A DNA stretch of 64,000 nt, taken from Antedon mediterranea (lineage: Eukaryota > Animalia > Echinodermata). Where the stretch lies: contig NC_092672.1 in the NCBI RefSeq assembly GCF_964355755.1, positions 10,416,001 to 10,480,000 of the forward strand, in the 5' to 3' direction. Shown here one piece after another: positions 29,901 through 41,900 of the stretch (the stretch's first letter is position 1; each line of letters opens with the position of its first letter). Below the pieces are notes generated by a model. It was not told the DNA's origin. It ran no database searches and saw only the letters and a list, made by a program, of their open reading frames with translations. A program made the translations under genes and the position numbers.

Positions 29901-32900
29901 AAAGTCATTTAAACATTTGCAAACTTAACGCATGTACTGATTGACTTCGTTACATTGTTTTTATCTTTGTCTTTTGTAGCAGTTGGTGACAATAAATCAT
30001 GTCATCCAATACATTTGAGACAATTTGTGTTTTCTTTGAATAAATTAAGTGACAATCTGGGTACTTTAAAATGTGGCAATATGTAATTACAAAGTGACAA
30101 TCTGTACTTGAAACTTTATAAGTGGCAGTTACATGATGCTACACAGTAGCAAGTAACACATTAATAGAATTCTCTAAAGAGACTGGCAATAGTATACAAC
30201 CTGTTTGTGTGTTTCCTCAAGGGTAATTTGCTACTAATTCAATCATATTGCCTTCCCAGTCAATAATATTGTAGTGAAAATCCAACTGAAAAATTGTAAA
30301 TAGCAATGTTTATTATGCAACGTGAGTAGTCTCATGACCTAAAACATGAAAAAAAAACCTATCCTGACGCAAAAATACTTGAATACAACAAAATGGTGCT
30401 GGTTTTTTGTGTGCAAATCTGAAGGCTTGAACAAAAATTTTACTGTATCAATCACAAATCTGGTGGCTATACTCAAGATTAGAATATTTCAATTATTACT
30501 ATCATATGTTAGTTTGCGGTACACCACATGTATAGTTCTGAAAAGAACTGTTGAGTTTCTCAATACATATACTCGTTCATCCTCAGGAGTGAACAATTAT
30601 GATTACATCAAACTACTACGACTATTAAGCTTGGTTCCCACTAGAACGTAACGCAAGGACGTAAACGCAACGCAAGCGTTTTAACCAATGACAAGCAAAG
30701 TTATAGACCAGGCCCGTATCCAGGGGGGGTGCGTTGGGTGCAGACGCACCCCCCCAAGTCCCAAAAGGTCCACTATTTCCTCGGTTGGTATTTTTTATTG
30801 TCTTGTTTAACTAAAGACAATATCATTATATATATACAAAATTTACATTATCAATGGTATACAAACAAAAATATGCTAATATAAAATGAAAAAATACCGG
30901 TAATTAAATTACGGAATCTGAACTGACTACAAACTCGATGTAAAACATGCGCAGTCGATCATGTGACGACAAGCAATAGCTTAGCGCTTCATGTACGCGG
31001 TACGCGGTAAAGTGTTTGCTGGAGAAATACAGACAACTTAACGTCGGGGAACACGGGTACTTTTTGTCGGGGAATATAATATACAGTAAAAAACGTTCGC
31101 GTTCGCAAACCACGACGTTCCATTGACCGTGAGAGTACGTCAGAGGGCTAATATGCACTTTTATGCATTCATTATTGCCAGCGATCTAACTTACTAATAA
31201 ACATTAGCTAGGTACGCACTTGTCTGGCGGTATCCCTTTGTACGAATCGTTCAACGTTGGGTCGAGACGCGTGATATCAAGTTTCATCCAGGGACCAAAA
31301 TGTGTAATGTAGTTATTTTCCAGGCGAAGTTTACCGACGGTTACCGAAGGGAACACGTGTACTTTTTGTCGGGGAATATAATATACAGTAAAAAGCGTTC
31401 GCGTTCACTTCGTAGCTAGCTTCAGCGCCTAGAAAACCGCGACGTTTCATTGACCGTGAGAGTACGTCAGAGTGATATTATGCACTTTATATGCATTCAT
31501 TATTGCCAGCGATCTAACTTACTACTAAACAATAGCTAAGTACGCACTTGTCTGGCGGTATCCCTTTGTACGAATCGTTCAACGTTGGGTCGAGACGCGT
31601 GATATCAAGTTTCATCCAGGGACCAAAATGTGTAATGTGTTATTTTCCAGGCGAAGTTTACCGACGGTTACGTCGTGTACTGCGTCGACGTACGCTACAC
31701 TACAGCAAAAACGAATTATGTTAATTGTTCGTTTGTTCACCAATTTTTTAATTTACAAGTAACCTTCTGTACCGTGGGGCACCTAAAATAAATTTTTCAT
31801 CTATTACTAAACAAAAAAAACATGCCATTTTCGCTTAGCCAACATTATAGCTATAGTTATTACATTTTCAATATCCTGTATGTCATGAATTTCTCACCAC
31901 TCGGAAGTCCAGATGGTACGCATGCATACACCTGGGAGGAATAAACTTTTTTCCCCGACTGAAAAAGGTCTACGCTTGCGTTTTTTAAGCCTCTAGGCCT
32001 GATGTTTCCAAAGTATAAAATGCAATTTTTTGAAGACCTGCAGCTCTAGTTTTAAACATTTTCTTAGCTCAGCCCCAACAATAAAGCTGATCATATTTCG
32101 AAGAACAAGAAGTACATTTTCCGGGACCTAACATCTCTATTTTTCAAACATTTCAGTCACAACCCATGATAGGGACTTATATATTTTTTTTCATGTTTTG
32201 AAGTATAATAAGTCCAATTTCCGGGACCTCCAACTCTATTTTTCTAAATTTTCTTTGAACTTTTATTTTTTAAATTGAAAAATATGGATTGAAACAGTCA
32301 TCGCGCATCGTTTTTTTGCACGCAGTATTTTATTTATGCATTATAAAAAATGGAAAAAATGGCTACCCTAAATCTGATTAAAAAGACCTCAAATGACGCT
32401 AGAACGCGTTGCTTCCGGGGGCTTCGCCCCCTGGACCCCACCGGGGGCTCTTGGCGGCCCCTGGCCCTCAGCCTAGTGATGCGCGCTTCGCTCGCATAGA
32501 ACCCTCGTCGGGGAATGTAGCCCCCGCGTCGGGAAGATCCTGGCGCCACCCCTGCTGAGTTGGCCTCATCATGAAAGCGTTAAGTTCTGGTGTCCATCGT
32601 TCAACTAGCCCAAGCCACAACAGAGAGTCTTACATCAGTCTTTAGAACGTCAAATAACGCAAATTTTTCCAGGGCCTTCGGCCCCTGGACCCTGACCGGG
32701 GGCCCTTGGCGGCCCCCTGGCCCCCAGCCATTGTTGCTCGCTTCGCTCGCACCCCCCCATTATAAATGCTGCATACGGGCCTGTAGACAGTTAGCAATCA
32801 CAAGCGAATAAGCCATCGCTTGTGATTGGTCAATTCACTTGCGTTGCGTTACGTCCTTGCGTTGCGTCGCTAGTGGGAACCACGCTTTAGATGGCTTCAA

Positions 32901-35900
32901 CACACCAAACTTGCCCAGAGAAGATGAAGTCATAGTACAGCAAATATTGTGCATTGCCATGATTGATTTGCAGTGCATTATTACCTGTCAATAAATCAAA
33001 TTAATTTTATTTCTTTGTAGACATTTTTTATTTATGATGCTTCATTAGACCAGTTGTAAAATTTGTGTCTACTTTGTTTGGGTACAGTATAGTGCATTGC
33101 TCTTTGTAATGTACTATTTTTCTTACCACACTCATTAGCCAAACCATAGGTTCTCATGTCGGTTCTCATGTCTTGAATATTTTCATAATAAAAAGTTGAT
33201 CATGTTCAACAATGTTTGTTTGGTCCTGTTTCTGCTGCGAAAAAATAACCGGTTATTAATCCTGTGAATAAATTAACCCCAATTATTTGGCAGCAGAAAC
33301 AAGACAAATAGACAGTAAATGACACTCAATTCAGTGTTAGAATGCCATTTAACTGGTTATTACTTTGCAACTTTTAGCTGCAAAGCAAAGTAACGGTTAT
33401 TTGATTAACAGCTACGGACCTTGAGTCAACTGCACTGCAGTAACTGTTGTTAAAGAGCCCATTTCATTTTCGGAAATGGTACTGCTTTAAATGGTCATTT
33501 AGGAGCAAAAACCGAGCATAAATGCAGTCGATATAAAAATTATGTTGTTGAAATAAATAATTTATTGCTACGGTATGTAGCAGAAACAGACCTTTAGTTG
33601 GGCTACTGTATTTACCCGATATTTCCTGTATCCCATTTATAGTCCATGTGCCGTAACTACAGTAGTTGTAGTATACCCTTTTTTCTTTTCATCTTCCACA
33701 TTTTGTAATTCATGATTTAAAAGAAAATCGAAAATTAATAATTGATTGCATAATAAAAGTATAAGTTTACTCTTTTCTTTATCCTATTTATAATCCTGGG
33801 TGTATCAGTATATAAATGTATTTATCCCTCATAGAGCAATTAACAAAAGAACATCTTTCAATAAAAAATTACAAATTACAACATCAAATATAAATATAAA
33901 ATATTATTAAAACACTTAAGAATTATAAAAAGTAGAAATTATATTACAAGTATTCTTACTGAAAGCAGTTCACCATAGTTTATACTGTAAACACTTTTTA
34001 TCAACTTCCACATTTTTAATTCAAGATTAAAAGGAAATAGAAAATTAATAATTGATTACATAGGAAATGTTCACAATGATATTAAAACCACATATTCACT
34101 GAGTCGACACGCAATCCGCTGATTACAGCTGAATTTTAATGGTCATTTTGGAACTAATTCATTTTAAATAGTTCACAAATGTAGACAAAATAGTAATTAA
34201 AAATCAAAATAATGTATTTTTAAAATCAAATAATTTTCTTAATGAAGATGAATTTAGATAAGAACTTTCTCCCACACACGACCTAAAAGATAGTTAAATG
34301 TTAAAAATAAATAGTAATTTTCAAAGCTTTTCAAAGATATTATGGTAAATGTTCTCTATGTCTTCTATGTCAGTAGCTTAAAACAATAAATAAAGCTTGA
34401 CAATTTTGAAAATTAAAGTTTATAGTTTTGGTGGGAAAGGATCAACCAAAATGTACAAAGTTTTTGTTACTTTTTCTTATTACACTCATTCATACTGTAC
34501 TCATTTTTTGGAACCTCTCAACTCTTATTCCTATCAAGAATAATCAGGTCGGTCAAAATCTAATTTGTCGGTCTTTGTACCTCCTTGAAATGAATTTTTT
34601 AAATCAAATCATAGTACTTCAGAAAAGATACCGCACTTAATAACTCATTGTACTTTGACTGTCTTGAAGAAGGAAAATAACAGAAGATTGAATTTTCACA
34701 TTACAATACACTAGAAAAATTTCTTATCTGCATGGTATATTTTATAATTCTAAAAAAAAAAAAATTGGAACATAGTAGTACATTTTTTTTTCTACCTATT
34801 AAGGTTGAAAATCAAAATTAATATAGTAGAAATGAATGCTACTTTGGGATATTATTAGTCCATTATTAACCAAAAGATTCTTAGTTAATAATGGATAACC
34901 ACCATTCTATCTTATGAATCTTCGAAAAGTCTACCAGAGTACCGGTTGAGGTTCGCCATTTTCCAGCTGTAAAATGAAGCTTGGTGCCTTGGTGTAGAGC
35001 TCTTTTACTTGAGATCTCCATTTCTTTTTTTTAGTAGATCGGCAGCAGTGAAATATGATATATCATAATGTAAAATTTCTGGCTATCTAGCGCAGAACAA
35101 TCTTAGAAGTGTATGAGAGAAAACAGGCAATGATATGCCTTGGCCTACCATTATACTTTTGCCATCACAGTGGGCCTGTTTGATTGTTGGGCTGGGGGGG
35201 TCAACAGTACTGCCTTGTAATTTAGAAACTATTGTTGTTTGCATAGTAACAGTCGACTTTAATTTCTTTTCTTCTTTGGCAGAATTAAACGATATTTCTT
35301 CGTAAAGCTCACCGTTATTAGATTCTTGGCCGTTTAAAATAGATTCATTTTTTTTTTAAAGAATTTCAACGATAGCTGGTCTTTGTTTTTTTTTAAATCA
35401 GCGGGCTTTGTATTTGCACGTGTGGATTGTGACATGGCTATGGACATGGTAGAAAAAATTGATATGTGATTTAAATGCGTTTCAGAAGCTTGTTGTATAA
35501 GCGTCTTACTCCGACCGAATCATTGAATAGTAATCTCTTATTCAGTGGACGACATTCCTATTTAGGAAATTTAGTTGGATCTTTAAATACCTTATTTATT
35601 CAACGTTTTCTATTCACAAATTCAAAATAATCGGTTTAATCCTTTTTTTTTTTTTGTATTTCAATAATTGAATTAGTGATAGATTAAAAAACAGTAAATC
35701 CCAGGTTATAATGATCATAATGAACTCTTATAGTTAATTATGTACCCGATCTAATTGATCTTATCTTTCAATTATACTATAAATATACATTTTAGGATGT
35801 AATTTATAAGCGTATTATTTATAAGAAGAACATATTTAAACCCCATGGGCAGTTATTCTAGCCGCGGGAATGCCCTTTTGGACTTCTACAGGAAGAACAC

Positions 35901-38900
35901 ACTAGCCTACTAGAACTTGGAGACCTCGCCAGGGTGTATTTTTGGACCTGTCATATTCAATTTGTAGCCTCCTGTGATGTGTACCCCCATTAATTACTTT
36001 TAATACATATTTGGATAAACATGGTCAGGAAATGTTGATATTTCATAAGGAACTCTCTTGGTAATTGATACTCCTAAAAATGTGTGCTAAGTGCCTTTCG
36101 ATATGAAGTGTTCAAAATCAACAACAATTTATTATTGTTTTGTCTTAATGAAATAGAGCCAAACTTTTTCATGTTTTAGTATGGCAATACTAAAATGACT
36201 ACAATCACTTGGTTTCATGCAGTATTCCAAGATTTTGTTAAAGTATTATTTAAATAGTTTATCTTAATCTTACAAATTGTTTTGTATTATTAACATTAAA
36301 GTGGTTTTGTGTTTGGGGCAATAAGGTGTACAGTAGTACTTTAATAAATTAATAACTTTTTTTTTTCATGTAATAAGAGCAACATGGTCTACTTCAATAC
36401 TTTACATTTGTTGATACTTTACTTTTGATTACTTTCGTACACGAAAAAAAGTACTATTACACGATCGGTTAATAGTACGTACTATTGCACGCCACCCACA
36501 ATCATCCAATCAAATAACAGGAATTTTATAATACCTATTATTTAGTATTATCTATTTATTAGCATTTATTTCTTTTTAAACTGTAATCCAATACATTTTT
36601 TTTTTTACAATAGAGAGGTTTCGCAATCTTACGAATACGATAACGAAAACGGATACGTATTCGTTTTCGTAAGCCATGAAAAAATCTGTTTCGCATGGCA
36701 ACGAAATATTGAGGCGCGTCCAAAATATGACTGCGGTAAATTTGAGCGAAGCGCAGGTACGTGTTGCTTGGTGCTTGGCTGCCTAGGCCTAGCGTAACAT
36801 CAAAGCGAGTGAGGACTTTAAAAACTGCTATTTATCAAAATTGACTTGGCATTTTAGTAAATTACTTTAGTAAATTACTTTCAATAAATCTATAATTATA
36901 TTATGCAAAATGTGCAAAATAGATCAAAAACTATACTCGTTTTGTAGTTACGAATATGACTGGTGATATTCGTCAACACGAATACGCTTTACGAATATGA
37001 AATGGGGATCAGCTCAAAAGTTTCACAAATGTATGACGTATCCGTTTTCGTTATCGTATTCGTAAGGTTGCGAAACCTCCCTATTAAACATGACAATGCC
37101 AACAAAATGAGAGTTGAAGGTAATGAAAAATATTTTTTTATATTGGCATGTCATGATATCACAACATCCAAAGCCAAAAATGTACATGAATTAATTCTTG
37201 CAACGCAGTTTTAGATATACAGTAGTTTTTTCGTTTTTGTTTCTTTCTCCAATACTTTACTTTTATTTTAATTCCATTACAACTTTTACAATCTAAAACT
37301 TGATTTGATAACATTGACTTCATAACATTACTAGGTTCCGAGTAAAGTTTTAAATAATAGGGGGACAACATTCTTTCTAAAGGTCACAAACAGGCTTATT
37401 TGCCTTTATGGTTTAATTTTGAGCATACAATTTTGTTTACTTGTCATTGTTTCACAAAACTTAAGTCAGGTGTTTTTATTTTAGATTGTTTTTATGTTTT
37501 ATTTTTATGTTTTGTTTCTAAAATATACAGTAGATTCAAAATATAAACATTACTGAAAAGACTAGTTTAATTTCATACTGTAGTTTAATTTCCACATTCA
37601 ACAATCACTAAATAATTTTCATTAATGTTAATAATTATGTACATGGATTGTAACAGCTTGACTACATTCTTGACACATTAAAGTCAAGTTAACTTAAATC
37701 ATTTTATTAAACTTTAATCGTTTTGTTTTTAAGAAAGACATTATGTGGTTGTGGGCATGTGTAATTAATAACTGCATTTGATTTGTTGTTGATAGACCGA
37801 CTGAAGCTGCTATTTTAATGTGTTTACTTAGTTTTATTATGTGAATGTATTTTTCTCATTTTTTCTTAACAATCAGTTGAGGATTCAAATATTGAAAATC
37901 CATTAGCAGAAGACCTGAGTTTTTTATGTGGCTAGGTTTGGCAGGCATCTTCCAACTCTCTCGGGTTACCCGGAAAATCTCTCTGATTGCCTGAGAATCT
38001 CGCAGATTTCTGAAATACCTAATCTTGGATTAACCAAAATAGAAAGAAAATGTTATTTAGTAATTTTTCTGTTATTGTATGGAACACTTTGTGGTATATT
38101 CAGAAGCTAATTATAGTTTCTTTGTGTTTTTTTTTAATTATTTTTTTGTACTAAATTACATATTATTTCTTTCAATGAGATATTCCACCCTAGTTTTCAC
38201 CAACTGAGTCTAGACTACCCTTTGGGACTTTGCACCACTGGTAGCTAGTCCTGGATAGCTCACATTTTACTGACAAAAAGTCTAAATCTTATGCTCTTTT
38301 ACCAACTAAGATCTTTTCATAATTGTATTTTCAGGGAAAAAACTCTCAAATCTAATTTATGGTTAAAATAATTTCCACATTTTTTTGGCTTGATTCCCAT
38401 GTTTATAAACTTGAACTGGTTAGCACCCGCTTGTCTTCATATTATTTTTGTTACTATTTTTAGATTTTTTCCTTACCCCCACAACAATATTAATTTGTTA
38501 CTTATTTTTAGAATTTCACCACACGGAATATTAATTTTTTACTATTTTTAGACTTCCTCCACACAAACTGATAACTTGAATGTTACTATTTTTAGACTTT
38601 CACAACTTTGATCTTTAGTATAGTTTTTCGTCACAGCTGTCTTATATACAATCTTCATAAATGTCGCTCATAGCAATTAAGTGTTGATTTAGGAAATAGA
38701 AAAACTTTGTATGTGCTAATTAAAAATGAGCTTTTTAGATATAGATATTAGGAAATGGGTTGTTCTCTAATAAAGTAAGTTTTTGAAAGCTTACCAATAA
38801 CATTTTTTCTAAAGCTCTGTCTACACTATCAAACTAGTTTGAAAAAATGATGTGATATGCCCAAATATGGTAGTGATATGCTTAAATATGGTAGTGATGT

Positions 38901-41900
38901 GATGTCATCATCATCATCCATATATGGGCACATTAAAGTTTTTTGTCACATAAAGTTTGATAGTGCAGACATAACTTTAGCCAGGTTAAGTTGCTAGTTA
39001 TGTTCTGAAAAGTTTTTTTGTTCAAAATTAAACCTGAGAGTAAGATTTATGCTCAATGTCAGATTTTCTTTCTTGGCAAGACTTTTACTGTACAATTTAA
39101 GAAATCAAAAGAAGGTAACATTTTATATAGGCATCAAATATAGTGTCTTTTCTCAAGCATAATTTACAGCATAGGAATCTTTAACTTTTAATTGAACTTT
39201 GATATTAGCTAAAGATCATTGCATTTTGGAAAACTATGCTACGTATACGTATTTGGTGACAGTGTCTGCTAATTAAGCCAAGAGAATACAGTTTTAAGAC
39301 CTTGAAATAACAGTATTTTCCAGCCAACAGAAATGGGTCAGGCTTTGAAAAAACACAATCTTAAATAAGGTTTTCAAAACCCCAATTGATTCCAGTCATA
39401 ATTGTCAAAACCAGTTTCTGCGGAATAATCGTGTCTCAACTTTAAGGCTTTTAATTTGAGTTAAAATTAGGCTGCAACATGATTTTTGTTAACAGATCAC
39501 TAAAAACCAGTTTCCAATAAAACCGTTTTTGGGGGATTTTTTCTATAGAAATAAATGCCCTATGTTTTTTTTTCTTATCTTCTTTTTTTTGTTTTAATAT
39601 ATGTAAATTATCTTATCTTACTTAATTGAAGTAATAATAATAATTCTATAACAAATTATTTTTAATTTTGTTGCAGGTTAATGCCAAAACCGAACTTGCG
39701 TTACGATACAATGACATCTCTCCACTAGAAAATCACCATTGTGCTGTTGCATTTGAGATCCTTGAGAAGCCACATTGCAACATATTTAAGAACATTGGTC
39801 CTGAACGCTACAAACGTGTACGCGAAGGCATGATCAAGACGATACTGGCAACCGACATGGCGCGCCACAATGAAATACTCAGCGAGTTCAAGTCCATAAG
39901 AGACAACATTGATTATTCAAATAAAAAGCACAAAGATCTTGTAAGTCAAAGTGTAACCTTAATAGAGGTTTCAGATGTTTCCCCTGAATAGTGGTGTCCC
40001 CCTGAATAGTGGGCTACCCTGAATACTGGTGTCCCCCTGAATAGTGGTGTCCCCCTGAATAGTAGTGTCCCCCTGAATAGTGGTGTCCCCCTGAATTGTG
40101 ATTCCCCCTGAATTGTGTTGTCCCCCTGAATAGTGGTGTCCCCCTGAATAGTGGTGTCCTCCTGAATAGTGGTGTCCCCCTGAATAGTGGTGTCCCCCTG
40201 AATAGTTATGTCCCCCTGAATAGTTGTGTCCCCCTGAATAGTTGTGTCCCTCTGAATAGTGGTGTCCCCCTGAATAGTGGTGTCCTCCTGAATAGTGGTG
40301 TCCCCCTGAATAGTGGTGTCCCCCTGAATAGTTGTGTCCCCCTGAATAGTTGTGTCCCCCTGATTAATGGTGTCCCCCTGATTAATGGTGTCCCCTTGAA
40401 TAGTGGTGTTCCCTTGAATAGTGGTGTTCCCCTTGAATAGTGGTGTTCCCCCTGAATAGTGGTGTTCCCCCTGAATAGTGGCGTCCCCCTGAATAGTGGC
40501 GTCCTCCTGAATAGTGGCGTCCTCCTGAATAGTGGCGTCCTCCTGAATAGTGGTGTTCCTTTGAATAGTGGTGTTCCTTTGAATAGTGGTGTCCTCCTGA
40601 ATAGTGGTGTCCTCCTGAATAGTGGTGTCCTCCTGAATAGTGGTGTCCTCCTGAATAGTGGTGTCCTCCTGAATAGTGGTGTTCCCCTGAATAGTGTGTT
40701 CCCCTGAATAGTGGTGTTCCCCTGAATAGTGGTGTTCCCCTGAATAGTGGCCCCCCCTGAATAGAGGTATCCACCTATAAAGTCAATTTGATGCCGTTTA
40801 GGTTATGTTCAGGCCATATAATCACACTACCGTAGAACACCTATTATTATACCCAACAAAGTGAACCTATAAGAGAGGTGTGTCCCCAGGTGTTGGTTGT
40901 AGTGTTAAAAACATATATTGCCGCTCTTAATAATGGTTGGATGCGGTGTTAAAATATATATTGCTACTCGTTAGTTGAACATAAAAGTTTTCCCTTAATA
41001 GGTGTTTTCCTTGAATAGGGGTGTTCTTTGAATAGGGGTGTTCCTTAAATAGGGATGTTCCAAAGGAAAGGTTTCAGTCAGTACTAACTTTGTATTATAA
41101 GAGAGGGTACATTTTAATTAGCATCGTAATAGCAAGTATTACAATGCATTTTCGGATGTGTCCCAATCGGGATGAAATTTTGTTTTTGTTTTTTATTTAT
41201 TTTTGACTGGTCAAAATCGGTACCTTAAGGCCTTGTATTAGTAAGTAGGCCATTTTGATCATCACAAAATGTTTTTTTTTTTTTATTTGTTTATTCATTT
41301 ATTTCTTCTCGAATTGCATGAGTTTAAAACAAACAAAAACAAAAGCTATTTATAGTCAATTTACAAAAAAAAACAGACTTTATACATAATAAGAAAAATC
41401 TAAAATTTCATTCAAAAGTTGCACTATCATCATGTTTATAAACGTCAATGAAACAGCTTTAATAAAAGTGTAAACACACAAAAAAAGTATTATATAATTC
41501 ATTACTAAAGTTCAATGATGTTTTTCACTCATAATTCAATAACAAACTTTTGACATTTTAGCCTCTAAATGTGTTTATTAAAATATGATGTTTTCAATCA
41601 TAAATCCAATACTGACTGATGCAATAAATGTAGAAATGTTATTGAAAACTAAGCAATTATGAATTTCTCTTGCATCTCTTAAGCTTCCTTCTTCCTGCTT
41701 GTAACCTGCCTAGGATCATTTGATCTCCTCATTTCACAACAAATCAATCAACTATGTGTTATGTAAGGCTACAATATTACATAACGGTTTTATTTATCCA
41801 GTTGAATCTCCATCAGGGGATAATACAGTATGATTATACAGCCTTATACTTTTCAAATGCGTAAAACCCCTCATTAATATTGTTCCGTGTGACCTGTGAA

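Noticed and set aside
32334-32811. Arg/Pro-rich ORFs
   Set aside because: They arise from GC-rich subterminal repeats of the nested transposon.
40382-40774. His/Gly-rich ORFs (HHYSGG / LNSGV repeats)
   Set aside because: Translations of the 18-bp minisatellite; frames break where unit length changes.
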